DNA from: Eubacteriales bacterium
Lineage (GTDB): Bacteria; Bacillota; Clostridia; Oscillospirales; CAG-272
Length of the DNA: 35,095 nt
Assembly: GCA_045613265.1 (NCBI GenBank)
Contig: JAZLAP010000027.1
Coordinates: 1 to 35,095 of the forward strand
Direction of reading: 5' to 3'
The notes beneath the pieces are model-generated. The model did not search any database. It was not told where the DNA came from and saw only the letters and a list, made by a program, of their open reading frames with translations. A program made the translations under genes and the position numbers. Of the stretch, positions 1-9,961 are shown piece after piece. The stretch's first letter is position 1. Each line of letters starts with the position of its first letter.

Positions 1-2805
1 ATACAAGCTCATTGCCCGTGTGGAGAGCTCCCAGTGCTCTGAAAGGAGGGCAGCAAAATCATCCACGTGCCCCCGCTCCAGCTCAAAGCGCATCAGCGCC
101 GCCACCTTGCGTATTTCATCCAACGCATATAAGGATTCCGGATTCGCGCCAACGTATCTTCCGACAACGTCGCGCAAAAGATTGCGTGCAAGACGCCTCT
201 GACCCGTATAGATCAAAATGTGGCGTCGGTTCAGCTCTTCACGCGTTGCCTCGTCAAGCTCCACACGCGTCACCTTGATATTCTGACGGAGTCCCGGCTT
301 TGCCGTGATATATTTCACGCCATCGGTGACACCGCCAACCTGATCCTGCCAACCGCCGCCCGTAGACATGATCTGCTCCATAGCAAGCACGTGTGCATAC
401 AGATCGTCCTCGGTGTAGGCAATTCCCATAAACTCAAATACCGCCTTGACACAAGCCGCAGACAGGATCGAGGACGTACCGAGTCCCGAGCCCTTGGGAA
501 CGTTGGTTACCTCGGAGCGCATGATAAAGCCACCGCCGAGGCGGGTAAGAATACTGTCAAGATCGCTACCGCTTTTGGGCAGTATGCCACACGCCAGAAG
601 GCACGCCTTTTGTAAGGCAAAGGGATCGTACGGGTCGCCCGTTTTCTGCAACGGTTCAATGCGATCGAACTCGCCGTGAACATCCATGTCGCGACTGTCA
701 AAAACGATTTTGTGCTCTGCGATCCGCTCAAGCGAAACCTCAACCGGCTTTTCGCCCTTTAATAGGATAGACGCATTTAAAACCGTACCGCCGTTTTCGT
801 TGCAGTAAGGCGGCGTATCACTCCAACCGCCACCAAAATTCACGCGAAGCGGCAGTTGCACGGTATGCTTGTCCTTTGCAATGCGGCAACGATCGTTATA
901 CTGTAAATCCTCAAGCGTTGCGTTCAGAATGGCACTCGAAATGGTTTTAAAGCAATCCGCAATATAACGGTCTCCCTCTGCACCGCCAAGCGCAATACCA
1001 ATATAATAGTAAAGGCGCATCGTCTCGCTAAAATCCGAACGCTCAAGTCGCTTTGAGAGCCAGTTTTGCTGGATCGGTGTCAGCTGCTTTTTGCCGCCGA
1101 GAAGATGTGCGACCTCTTTGGCCGGCTTCTTCGCTCTTATCGCCTTGACAAGCGCATCCATTTGAACAAGCTCCTGCATGCGTTTATCCCACGCAATGAT
1201 GGCATCGGGATCGGCATCATTGAAGCCGGAACAAAGCGATTTTCGCACGGAGGCCTTCCAAGCGTTCACATCACCGTTCCCGGTAGTCATTCGGTAAAGA
1301 TCAAGTGCCGCCGCCAAAGCCTCGCGTATCGTATCGCAGGCAGGGTAGAGATTTGCCGTCCAGAGAGAATGATCCTCTCCCGACCAAAGATCCGAAACAG
1401 CCAGATGATTGGCCTCCATAAATTCCGGAAGTGTCGTCCCGAGGAAGGAGGCATTGCTCTCCAGTGTCATCTTGGGGTTGTCCGTTGTTCCGTAAATACG
1501 AACCACAAACTTCCCGTCTTTTTGCTTCAAACCGTGTAAAACAATGTTGTCGGGCACAGTTTCGTCATGGATATCAATATACGAAAGCAGAACGTTATTT
1601 CCTACCTTGGCATCATGATGCACATAGGAAACCTCAAGATAGCAGCCGTTGCCGATCATTGCCTTATCCGACAAAACACTGCAATAGCCTGCCGCATCCT
1701 GCCCAATACTACTGTTTACGCGGCGCGACCACGAGAGATCGCGATATCCTTCAATGCCCTCGTTCATCAGCGAAAGTATCTCTTTCGTCGTGCCAAAGTG
1801 TATAAATTTAGCAGGTGCGAGGCGCAAAAGCTTCATGCGATAGGGGCGAAGCGCGTGCCAAACGGCAGTACGCGCCTCTTTAAGTTCTTCGCAAAAACTC
1901 CCCTCCGGCTTTTCATTGTAAAAATCATCCAGCGTGGAATCGATCGCCAGCGGATACAAGAAATCGCCGTAAAGCGAAAGTCTTACCGTCTCATTGACGA
2001 AACGGTCATATTTAGCTTCATCCACAATACCGTCCGTAGCAATCAGATTGTAAAGTGAAGCTAACATTTTTGTGGAAAATACGATTGCACCGGTATCGAT
2101 ATCCACAGCATTATTCTCATTGACAGCTCCTTGACTGCGCAGGGATTCCACCGTCTGCTTGTGCAAAAACTTTGCCACGTTTCCACTCTCGCCATTCAGA
2201 AAGACGCCGTGGTTTTTTCCGGTTTCGACATTCTCCTTGAAAGAAATCGCAGCTGCCCCATTACCCGAATAGTCGATCTGCAGAGGGTTAAAAAGAAGCA
2301 AAACGTCGCCCGACAACAACAGCATTCCCTCACGGATGCGGGCGGGAACCGAGCTCATAGCAATCAAAAACTCATCGAACAGGGTGGATGCGCGTCCGTT
2401 TGGCAATTCGTGGGGAACGGGCGAAAAAAGCTTGCCAATTGCAGAATACTGCGGCACGCGTTTGGAATCGCCGCCCGAGTGAATAACCAAAATACGAAGA
2501 CCTGAAAAATCCGAGCATCCCGTTTCCTCGGCGATATAACGAATGACGCCGAGCGTTGCTCCGCCGCTTCCCACGCGCTTGCCGTCCCTGTCGGGTATTA
2601 CAGCAAACTTCGTTTTTTTCGGCAAAAAGCCCGCGGCTCTTCTTTCCTCGATCTGCGCTCTGAAGCCTTCTGCCTGATAAGCATTCGAAGCCGTCAGAAC
2701 GATGTAATCCCAGCACGTAAACGTCCGGTTCGTTAAAGACCTGTTATAGTCCGCCCACGTATCCAGATAGGATTGAGAAAGAAAAAGCGAAGTCAGATTT
2801 TTCAT
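1..2805 (-). CDS. fkp: Bifunctional L-fucokinase / L-fucose-1-phosphate guanylyltransferase (Fkp-like); C-terminus runs off the left edge
   Basis: Absent from the supplied ORF track because there is no stop in the window. My reverse-strand translation from ATG 2805..2803 (AAGGAGAG 4 nt upstream) stays open to position 1 (935 codons). It reads MKNLTSLFLSQSYLDTWADYNRSL...DGKRVGSGGATLGVIRY (fucose-1-P guanylyltransferase-type N-domain) ... NVPKGSGLGTSSILSAACV (GHMP-kinase phosphate-binding motif) ... LLSEHWELSTRAMSLY at the edge. The plus-strand ORFs listed over 12..2505 are antisense shadows. Confidence 0.85.
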   Translation of the reverse strand, partial: MKNLTSLFLSQSYLDTWADYNRSLTNRTFTCWDYIVLTASNAYQAEGFRAQIEERRAAGFLPKKTKFAVIPDRDGKRVGSGGATLGVIRYIAEETGCSDFSGLRILVIHSGGDSKRVPQYSAIGKLFSPVPHELPNGRASTLFDEFLIAMSSVPARIREGMLLLSGDVLLLFNPLQIDYSGNGAAAISFKENVETGKNHGVFLNGESGNVAKFLHKQTVESLRSQGAVNENNAVDIDTGAIVFSTKMLASLYNLIATDGIVDEAKYDRFVNETVRLSLYGDFLYPLAIDSTLDDFYNEKPEGSFCEELKEARTAVWHALRPYRMKLLRLAPAKFIHFGTTKEILSLMNEGIEGYRDLSWSRRVNSSIGQDAAGYCSVLSDKAMIGNGCYLEVSYVHHDAKVGNNVLLSYIDIHDETVPDNIVLHGLKQKDGKFVVRIYGTTDNPKMTLESNASFLGTTLPEFMEANHLAVSDLWSGEDHSLWTANLYPACDTIREALAAALDLYRMTTGNGDVNAWKASVRKSLCSGFNDADPDAIIAWDKRMQELVQMDALVKAIRAKKPAKEVAHLLGGKKQLTPIQQNWLSKRLERSDFSETMRLYYYIGIALGGAEGDRYIADCFKTISSAILNATLEDLQYNDRCRIAKDKHTVQLPLRVNFGGGWSDTPPYCNENGGTVLNASILLKGEKPVEVSLERIAEHKIVFDSRDMDVHGEFDRIEPLQKTGDPYDPFALQKACLLACGILPKSGSDLDSILTRLGGGFIMRSEVTNVPKGSGLGTSSILSAACVKAVFEFMGIAYTEDDLYAHVLAMEQIMSTGGGWQDQVGGVTDGVKYITAKPGLRQNIKVTRVELDEATREELNRRHILIYTGQRRLARNLLRDVVGRYVGANPESLYALDEIRKVAALMRFELERGHVDDFAALLSEHWELSTRAMSLY

Positions 2806-2836
2806 GAGTCTCTCCTTTTTGTTTATTGATGTAGCA

Positions 2837-4021
2837 TCAGTCTCTGAAATACAGATCCCTCGTGTAAACCTTTTCGATCACATCGGCAATATCCTCGTGA
2901 TAACGATTAGCAATAATCACGTCGGACATGCTCTTGAACGCTTCAATATCACGAATGACACGACTGTTGAAGAAATGTTCCTCTTTCATCGTAGGCTCGT
3001 AGATCACGACCTCTATACCCTTTGCCTTGATGCGCTTCATGACACCCTGAATAGACGACTGGCGGAAGTTATCGCTTCCCGCCTTCATCGTCAGACGGTA
3101 AACGCCGACAATCTTCGGCTTTCTTGCAATGATCTGATCGGCAATGAAATCCTTACGCGTACTGTTCGCCGCAACAATAGCAGAAATAATATTCTGCGGA
3201 ACGTCGTTATAGTTGGCAAGCAACTGCTTTGTATCCTTCGGCAGGCAATATCCGCCGTATCCAAAGGAAGGATTGTTGTAGTGATCGCCAATACGGGGGT
3301 CAAGACCAACACCTTCGATGATGGACTTCGTATCAAGACCACGCACGGCGGCATAGGTATCCAGCTCGTTAAAGAAGCTGACACGCAAAGCAAGGTACGT
3401 ATTGGCAAACAGCTTGACCGCTTCAGCTTCAGTGGGATTCATAAAGCAGACCTTGATATCTTCCTTGATCGCGCCCTCGCAAAGCAACTCCGAGAAACGC
3501 TCTGCCGCCTTGTGAAGACGTGCATTTTTAACGGGCACACCGACAATGATGCGGCTGGGATACAAATTATCGTAAAGCGCCCGACCCTCGCGAAGAAATT
3601 CAGGACTGAACAGAATATTGTCGCAACAGTATTTTTCGCGTACCGATTCGGTAAAACCGACGGGTACCGTAGACTTTACGATCATAACGGCATCGGGATT
3701 AACGGCAATTACCTGCTCGATCACGCTTTCAACCGAAGACGTATCAAAATAATTTTTTGACGGATCGTAGTTGGTGGGAGTAGAAATAACAACAAATTCG
3801 GCTTCACGGTACGCCGATTCACCATCCGTTGTGGCAACAAGCGAAAGCTCCTTCGTTGCCAGGTATTCTTCAATCTCCTTGTCCGCGATCGGCGAACGCT
3901 TGCTGTTGATCAGTTTGACCTTTTCCTCGATAATGTCTACGGCTGTGACGTCATGATTTTGCGACAGCAAAACCGCCATGGAAAGACCGACGTAACCGGT
4001 CCCTGCTACTGCTATTCTCAT
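2837..4021 (-). CDS. ugd: UDP-glucose 6-dehydrogenase
   Basis: 394 aa. The N-terminal Rossmann motif is [33 protein letters not shown] contains the catalytic Cys region typical of UDP-Glc dehydrogenases. RBS AAGGAGAG lies upstream. Confidence 0.9.
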   Translation of the reverse strand: MRIAVAGTGYVGLSMAVLLSQNHDVTAVDIIEEKVKLINSKRSPIADKEIEEYLATKELSLVATTDGESAYREAEFVVISTPTNYDPSKNYFDTSSVESVIEQVIAVNPDAVMIVKSTVPVGFTESVREKYCCDNILFSPEFLREGRALYDNLYPSRIIVGVPVKNARLHKAAERFSELLCEGAIKEDIKVCFMNPTEAEAVKLFANTYLALRVSFFNELDTYAAVRGLDTKSIIEGVGLDPRIGDHYNNPSFGYGGYCLPKDTKQLLANYNDVPQNIISAIVAANSTRKDFIADQIIARKPKIVGVYRLTMKAGSDNFRQSSIQGVMKRIKAKGIEVVIYEPTMKEEHFFNSRVIRDIEAFKSMSDVIIANRYHEDIADVIEKVYTRDLYFRD

Positions 4022-4180
4022 ATGAACTCTCCTTTATAAAATAATAATAGATGCCGCGCCCGTCTCCCGTCTCCGGAAGAAAACGCCGATCTTGGAATCG
4101 AGATACAAATATGTATCGAAGCATCGCAGTCCCTACGAGTGTTACTCCATGGCAACCCTTTGCATAAATACAAAACACAA

Positions 4181-5251
4181 TCAGCGGTAAAACTCGTGAT
4201 ACCACTTCGCAAATTTACGAAGTCCTTCACGCAAAGATGTGGACGGCTTAAAGCCGAAATCCCGTTCAAGTGCCGTCGTATCCGCATACGTGATCGGTAC
4301 ATCTCCGGGTTGCATCGGCACAAGCTCTTTATGAGCTTCAAAATCGTAATCCGCAGGAAGCACACCGGCAGAAATCAACTCCTGCTGCAGAATATCGACA
4401 AAATCCAGAAGGTTCTCGGGATTACTGTTTCCGATATTATACACACGGTACGGAGGGATCGGCAGACCGTCGCTTCCAATCTCTTTTTCGGGTGCACAGG
4501 TCATCACGCGCTTCACGCCCTCGACAATATCGTCAACAAACGTAAAGTCACGTTTACAATTTCCATAATTAAAGATGCGGATCGTTTCGCCCTTCAACAA
4601 TTTGTTCGTGAAGCTGAAATACGCCATATCGGGACGGCCGGCAGGTCCGTATACCGTAAAAAAGCGTAACCCCGTGGATGGAATATTATACAGTTTTGCA
4701 TAAGAATGTGCCAAAAGCTCATTCGATTTTTTCGTTGCGGCATACAGGCTGACGGGATGATCCACTTTATCGTCGGTAGAATACGGGATCTTGGTATTCG
4801 ATCCATATACACTCGACGAGCTGGCATACACCAGATGCTTGACGGGATAATGGCGGCAAGCCTCCAGAATGTTGAAAAAACCGATCAGATTAGACTCGAT
4901 ATACACGTCGGGATTCTCAATAGAATAGCGCACGCCTGCCTGTGCGGCGAGATTCACCACAACGTCAAAGCCCTGCTCTGCAAAAAGCGTTTCAATAAGC
5001 GCCTTGTCGGCGAGATTCCCTTTCACAAAATGCCACGTGCTTTCGGGATGTATAGCGGCAAGAGCCTCAATTTCACGAAGACGGTATTCCTTGATGGAAA
5101 CGTCATAGTAATCATTCACGTTGTCCAATCCCACAATATTGACCGAGGGAAGTGTCCGCAAAAGCTCCATTACAAGGTTGCTGCCGATAAAGCCGGCGGC
5201 ACCCGTAACCAGCACCTTTTTTCCGTTCAGATCCACGTTTGGTGTCAACAT
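4181..5251 (-). CDS. UDP-glucuronate 4-epimerase (SDR-type NAD-dependent epimerase; makes UDP-GalA)
   Basis: 356 aa. Motifs: VLVTGAAGFIGSNL, NLAAQAGVRYSIENP, YASSSSVYG, YAATKKSNELLAHSY (YxxxK) and LRFFTVYGPAGRPDMA. This motif set is characteristic of Cap1J/GlaKP-type UDP-GlcA 4-epimerases, and the gene is adjacent to ugd. Confidence 0.8.
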   Translation of the reverse strand: MLTPNVDLNGKKVLVTGAAGFIGSNLVMELLRTLPSVNIVGLDNVNDYYDVSIKEYRLREIEALAAIHPESTWHFVKGNLADKALIETLFAEQGFDVVVNLAAQAGVRYSIENPDVYIESNLIGFFNILEACRHYPVKHLVYASSSSVYGSNTKIPYSTDDKVDHPVSLYAATKKSNELLAHSYAKLYNIPSTGLRFFTVYGPAGRPDMAYFSFTNKLLKGETIRIFNYGNCKRDFTFVDDIVEGVKRVMTCAPEKEIGSDGLPIPPYRVYNIGNSNPENLLDFVDILQQELISAGVLPADYDFEAHKELVPMQPGDVPITYADTTALERDFGFKPSTSLREGLRKFAKWYHEFYR

Positions 5252-5979
5252 ATTCCCATATACTCCTCTTTTACCTTTTCATAGCTCGCAAGGTTGCCAA
5301 TATCGTACCGTTTACCCGGCATTTTCATTGCATATACGACCGTTTGCTTACATAGCCATGCAATATAAGAACCGGGAGCATCGGTACCGCAACCGGCAAG
5401 AATGCCCTTCTCAACGAGCTTAGCATCCTCGCGTGTATAATAATAAAACGGCGGACAACACCAGTGCGTTGCCGGCGTCGGTGATTTTTCGGTCATCTCA
5501 AGTATTCTGTCGTCTTCATCCACCGTCACAACACCGCACTTCAACAGTTTTTCTTCGTTTGGCTCATAATAGCGCATGATGCACGAGCTTTGCTTTGTCT
5601 TTGCATAACGAATAAACGCCGTCAGTGAAAAATCGAGAAGATTGTCGCCTGCGATCACAAGCATATCATCGTCAATATCGAGCGCATCGATCGCGAATTG
5701 AATATCTTTTACTGCACCAAGGCGCGTTTCGTTGGTACTCGTTCCGTCATCAACGACCGTGATGTTTTGCGCTTTCGTCCTTGCCCATTCCTCAAAATGT
5801 ACTGCGAATCGGTGATTGGAGATCACAACGTATTCATCCACCGCGCCAAGCGTATCAATGTCGTCGATCAACCAGTCAAGAATGGTTTTATCGCCAACCG
5901 TCAAAAGCGGCTTCGGAAAATTCTCGGTTAAAGGATATAACCGTGTGGCATATCCCGCCGCCAGTATCATACATTTCAT
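5245..5979 (-). CDS. Sugar-1-phosphate nucleotidyltransferase (short NTP-transferase family)
   Basis: 244 aa. MKCMILAAGYATRLYPLTENFPKPLL is the G-x-G-T-R-L-type signature. It overlaps the downstream epimerase start by 7 nt and starts 12 nt after the upstream kinase stop. The sugar and nucleotide specificity cannot be read from the sequence. Confidence 0.75.
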   Translation of the reverse strand: MKCMILAAGYATRLYPLTENFPKPLLTVGDKTILDWLIDDIDTLGAVDEYVVISNHRFAVHFEEWARTKAQNITVVDDGTSTNETRLGAVKDIQFAIDALDIDDDMLVIAGDNLLDFSLTAFIRYAKTKQSSCIMRYYEPNEEKLLKCGVVTVDEDDRILEMTEKSPTPATHWCCPPFYYYTREDAKLVEKGILAGCGTDAPGSYIAWLCKQTVVYAMKMPGKRYDIGNLASYEKVKEEYMGIC

Positions 5980-5991
5980 TTCGTTTTCTCC

Positions 5992-7179
5992 TTAAAGCTT
6001 CACGCCGTCTGCACTTTCGCATACATGTACCGAATATTTCCCCTCGAGTACAGGAAATGCCTTCAAATATTCGCGCGTAACCACCTCGGCAATCGACTCC
6101 TCAAAGGAAGGATCGATGAGCGCCATGCAGCAACCCTTAAATCCGGCACCGGAAAAACGTCCGCCGTAAATACCGTCGGTGCGTGTCATGATATCGTAAA
6201 GCGTTTTTAATTCGGGAGAGCCGGTCTCCCAGTTTTCGATGGACGATTTGCCGCTTTCGAAGGAAAGCCTGCCAAATGTCTCAATATCGCCGCGGCGCCA
6301 CGCCTCGGCTCCCGCCTCAACGCGAGCGAACTCGGTATACCAATGCTCGGCACGCTTCATAAAATTCTCGGGGAGCATCGCCTTATAGCGATCGTAAATT
6401 TCGCGCGGAACCTCGCGCATATTAGTCTCGGCAAATTTACCGTACTCAAGACCACCGTACGCCTTCAACGCATACGCCGCACTGCGGCATTCATCAACGC
6501 GCATGTTGAACGCAGAGCCTGCAAGCGTACGCTCGATGCCCGAAAAGAAGATAGCAATTTTATACGGCTTCATCATAGGATGCGTGGGAATCAGCTCGTA
6601 GCTGTCGTCACGCGTGTCCAGATACAAAAGATGATCCTTTCGCGAATATACCTCGCAGGACTGGTCAAGCTTACCGCAGGAAACGCCCACATACTTGTTT
6701 TCCGATTCGAGCGCCGTTAGTATCAGCTCATTTTCGGAAAGCGTGATCTTATTCACCTTGCAGAGCGCCGACAAAAAGCAAATGATTACCGCCGCCGACG
6801 AGGAAAGACCGCCGATCGGCAGACTGCCCTCGATCACGCCGCAAAGCCCGACGTGAAGCGGATGACGCCGTGCAAGCGCAATCGTCGCGCCGCGAAGATA
6901 ATCCGCCCAATCGTTTTCCTTTTCCTTGGGTGTCGAAGAAATATGCCACTGCGCCCGCTTGTCAAACTGCAAGGAAGACATCTCGATCACACCGTTCTGC
7001 TTCGGACGATAAGCGATGGATATTCCCTTGTCGATCGCAAATCCCGTAATTTTACCAAGGTTATGATCCGAATGTGCCCCCAGAGGACAAATCCGATACG
7101 GGCAAAAGGCGATTCCCTCAGGCTCCTTCTGATATATTTCCGAAAATCTTTCTACTGCATTCATCAAAACTTTCTCCAA
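5992..7179 (-). CDS. GHMP-family anomeric sugar kinase (galactokinase superfamily; galacturonokinase-like signature)
   Basis: 395 aa. PYRICPLGAHSDHNLG replaces the classical galactokinase GRVNLIGEHTDY signature. PIGGLSSSAAVIICF is GHMP motif II and GGRFSGAGFKGCCMALID is motif III. RBS GGAGAAAG lies upstream. Confidence 0.75.
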   Translation of the reverse strand: MEKVLMNAVERFSEIYQKEPEGIAFCPYRICPLGAHSDHNLGKITGFAIDKGISIAYRPKQNGVIEMSSLQFDKRAQWHISSTPKEKENDWADYLRGATIALARRHPLHVGLCGVIEGSLPIGGLSSSAAVIICFLSALCKVNKITLSENELILTALESENKYVGVSCGKLDQSCEVYSRKDHLLYLDTRDDSYELIPTHPMMKPYKIAIFFSGIERTLAGSAFNMRVDECRSAAYALKAYGGLEYGKFAETNMREVPREIYDRYKAMLPENFMKRAEHWYTEFARVEAGAEAWRRGDIETFGRLSFESGKSSIENWETGSPELKTLYDIMTRTDGIYGGRFSGAGFKGCCMALIDPSFEESIAEVVTREYLKAFPVLEGKYSVHVCESADGVKL

Positions 7180-7188
7180 ATTGTTTTG

Positions 7189-8655
7189 TCAAGAGTGCTT
7201 TCTCTTAATTTTATTCAAATAAGGTTTCAACATTGGAAGAATATTCTTGCGGATCGACGGGAATACCAGCAGCACGACACCGTACACACAGGCGCATATC
7301 ACAATACTGAGCAAATTGAACCACAAGCCCTTATGCAAAGAAATGAATCCGATCGCGCAAACCGACATCACCGCCGTCGCCACCCAAGCGGGTAGCAACT
7401 TGCCAATCGTTTTAAAGCAAGAAATGCGACATATTTTCCATACGACGATAGAATGTACCAACATGCCTACAATTCTGACCAAAGCCCTGACATAAGACAG
7501 CGTAGCAAAATCCTGTCGCACACTGAAATACACCGCCGGCAGAATGGCAATCAACTGTATAATCTGGACGATTGCGGATATCTTTGGTTTTCCTTTCGCC
7601 ACCAGAACAGAACCATTATACGAATTAAAGAGAATGGCAATTGCGCTGATAAGACTCCAGATGCCCATCAGCAGCGCGCCCTCACTCCAACCATCTCCAA
7701 GCGCGATGGTGCAAAGCGTATCCTGATAGAGGAACATTCCGACTCCCATTGGAATCAGTAACAACCCCGACCAGAAGCTGATTCGGTAAAAGGTTTCGTT
7801 GAACTGCTTGTCATCATCCTGCATACGCGAAAGCGAGGAAAGCATAACCGGAACGATGGCAGCAGAAATGACACCGATGATCTGGTTCGTCATATTCATA
7901 CTGGTCTTATAGATACCGAGATAGTCATCCGAAAGAACCTTTCCCACAATAAAGATATCGCCCCAGTTAATGAGCCAGACGAGAAAGGATTCCAGCATCG
8001 ACCACATACTGAAGGAAAGCATGGTCTTGAGTCTTGCAAAATCGAAATAAAAACGAGGCTTCCATTTCAGCAACAACACCATAGCAATCACATTCGCTAC
8101 GTTGCTTGCGATGGTTCCCACAATCAACGCCCAATAGCTCCGTGTAAACAGGGCTACGGGAATCGTAACAGCAAAGGGAACAACAAGCGTAATCATACGT
8201 ACAACAAACAACGTCTTGAAATCCATTCGACGCTTGAGACGTGCCGCCTGAATACTGGAAAAGGCGTGCAAAGGCAGATTGGCACAAGCCACGATAATGG
8301 CAAGGCTCTTCCCTTCACAACCAACCAAGACTGCAATAGGGGCTGCGTAAATGCAGACCAAAAGCCAAATAACGAGCGAAAAGACAAGGTTTGCCCAGAA
8401 CGCCACGTTAGTCAGCCTATCGATCTCGCCGCCCTCGTCCACCTCGTGCTGTACAATATATTTTTGAAATCCCGCATCGGCAAAAAGTTCGCAAAAGCTG
8501 ATCACCATATTGACCGATGCCACGATACCGAATATCGACGGTGCTAATATTCGGGCAAGAATCATGCTACTAACAGGCATAGCAAGCTTCGCCAAAATTT
8601 CGGTCAACGTCGACCACTTCGCAGCACGGGCAATCGTATTACTTTGCACGTTCAT
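7189..8655 (-). CDS. wzx: Polysaccharide flippase Wzx (MOP/PST family)
   Basis: Polytopic membrane protein beginning MNVQSNTIARAAKWSTLTEILAKLAMPVSSMILARIL. The track ORF extends to 8694. I place the start at ATG 8655 because it has a GGGGGA RBS and forms an ATGA overlap with the wzy stop (8652-8655). Confidence 0.8.
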   Translation of the reverse strand: MNVQSNTIARAAKWSTLTEILAKLAMPVSSMILARILAPSIFGIVASVNMVISFCELFADAGFQKYIVQHEVDEGGEIDRLTNVAFWANLVFSLVIWLLVCIYAAPIAVLVGCEGKSLAIIVACANLPLHAFSSIQAARLKRRMDFKTLFVVRMITLVVPFAVTIPVALFTRSYWALIVGTIASNVANVIAMVLLLKWKPRFYFDFARLKTMLSFSMWSMLESFLVWLINWGDIFIVGKVLSDDYLGIYKTSMNMTNQIIGVISAAIVPVMLSSLSRMQDDDKQFNETFYRISFWSGLLLIPMGVGMFLYQDTLCTIALGDGWSEGALLMGIWSLISAIAILFNSYNGSVLVAKGKPKISAIVQIIQLIAILPAVYFSVRQDFATLSYVRALVRIVGMLVHSIVVWKICRISCFKTIGKLLPAWVATAVMSVCAIGFISLHKGLWFNLLSIVICACVYGVVLLVFPSIRKNILPMLKPYLNKIKRKHS

Positions 8656-9938
8656 AACCGTCCCCCGTTTAGGCTTATCGCCCCATCGCCGCAAGCACCG
8701 ATGCCCAAATGCTCTTCTTTGTCATTCTCTTGTCGTATGGCAACAAAAGAAATCAATGTCAAAAGAAGCATAATATAGCGGTCGTAGTAAGTAATAACGC
8801 CAATGTCGCAAACAAGGATAGCGACCAGGAGCATAATGACAAGCGAGCTCCCCAAACGATCATTTTTTCTGCGTTTGAATGCCGTGGTGGCAATCATTAC
8901 GTGTAATGCGTAAAACGCTACGAAGCCAAGAATGCCGTTGTTCATCAAAAGCTCCACAAAATTATTATGCGTGTACACACCAAAAACATAATGCGAATAG
9001 AAAAATCCGTTTCCGATAAAAGGACTGTCCGCAAATTTCTGCAATCCCACCTCAAAGAAAAGTGCGCGGTTCTGGTCGCCAATATTGGTATCAGAGGCTC
9101 CTTGAAACAAATTGAACATTTCGCCAAACCGTTCGTTTATAACCGAGAAGGCGGGAACCTGCATAATAATAACGATGATCGCAGCAAACGCCGCCCCAAT
9201 CAAAAAAAGTCGTAAAAGACCGCCTTTAAAGCGCAGCAAAAGCAAAGCAAGCGTCAACAACGCCGCCAGAATCACCAGTATTGCCTTGCGGGAGCCGGTA
9301 AACATAACAACGGGCACACATATGACGATAGCAGCAATATACAAAATACGCATAAGCTTGGAAAGCTTTTTGTTTGTCATCAGCTCAAAAAAGGACAGAA
9401 TGACAGGAAATGCACAGTAAAGTCCCAACATATTCTGGTTGCCAAGCTCGTCCTCCAATCGCTCGGTAGACTCTATCAGATTCTCGATCCCGTATTCCTG
9501 ATACACCGTAAAAGCAAGCAGAATACCCGCCAGGATCATTGCCTGAAAAATGTGACGTACGTCGTTCATATCACGAACGGTATTCATAATCAGAATCAAT
9601 ATGATAGCCGTCGTCCAGAAACGATATAAGTACATATTTTTCACACTTGCCGTTGTAGGAGAATACAAGAAAGAAAAAGACAGAACAAGCCCAAAAAAGA
9701 GCATAACGATGACGAACCAGTTGACACGGAATCGCCAACGCACCAACAGATTAAAGCCGCACATACCAAGACAAAAATAGAGTCCGAGCGAAGCCAAAGA
9801 GCTATTCGAAATCGTCGAAGCTTCAAACAACACCGCCAGCACGATATAAACAGCAATCGAAAAAATTGCAAGACCGTGCAAAGTTATGGTAATCTTGCGC
9901 TCCCAAAAAGGATGCGCAAGGTTATTTTGTGTATTCAT
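8652..9938 (-). CDS. wzy: O-antigen/EPS repeat-unit polymerase (Wzy / O-antigen ligase-like family)
   Basis: 428 aa with about 10 or more hydrophobic segments. It carries TGSRKAILV and the HNNFVELLMNNGILG loop/helix typical of Wzy_C-type proteins. RBS AGGTGGAG lies upstream. Confidence 0.75.
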   Translation of the reverse strand: MNTQNNLAHPFWERKITITLHGLAIFSIAVYIVLAVLFEASTISNSSLASLGLYFCLGMCGFNLLVRWRFRVNWFVIVMLFFGLVLSFSFLYSPTTASVKNMYLYRFWTTAIILILIMNTVRDMNDVRHIFQAMILAGILLAFTVYQEYGIENLIESTERLEDELGNQNMLGLYCAFPVILSFFELMTNKKLSKLMRILYIAAIVICVPVVMFTGSRKAILVILAALLTLALLLLRFKGGLLRLFLIGAAFAAIIVIIMQVPAFSVINERFGEMFNLFQGASDTNIGDQNRALFFEVGLQKFADSPFIGNGFFYSHYVFGVYTHNNFVELLMNNGILGFVAFYALHVMIATTAFKRRKNDRLGSSLVIMLLVAILVCDIGVITYYDRYIMLLLTLISFVAIRQENDKEEHLGIGACGDGAISLNGGRL

Positions 9939-9961
9939 TCTATCATTTCTCCACCTTTGAC

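Noticed and set aside
12-2505. A series of plus-strand ORFs (88-163 aa) listed in the track over the first 2.5 kb.
   Set aside because: They lie antisense to a single uninterrupted minus-strand frame (fkp) that has clear domain motifs and an RBS. Their translations are low-complexity and Arg/Ser/His-rich with no recognisable motifs.
4022-4180. A 159-bp gap inside the EPS operon (ugd/epimerase) and a 152-bp gap at 11860-12011. I examined both for internal terminators, promoters or small genes.
   Set aside because: They contain only short AT-rich hairpins (for example GATACA-N5-TGTATC and CGTTCC-N7-GGAACG) without U-runs. The promoter-like matches are weak and no ORF has an RBS, so nothing could be called.
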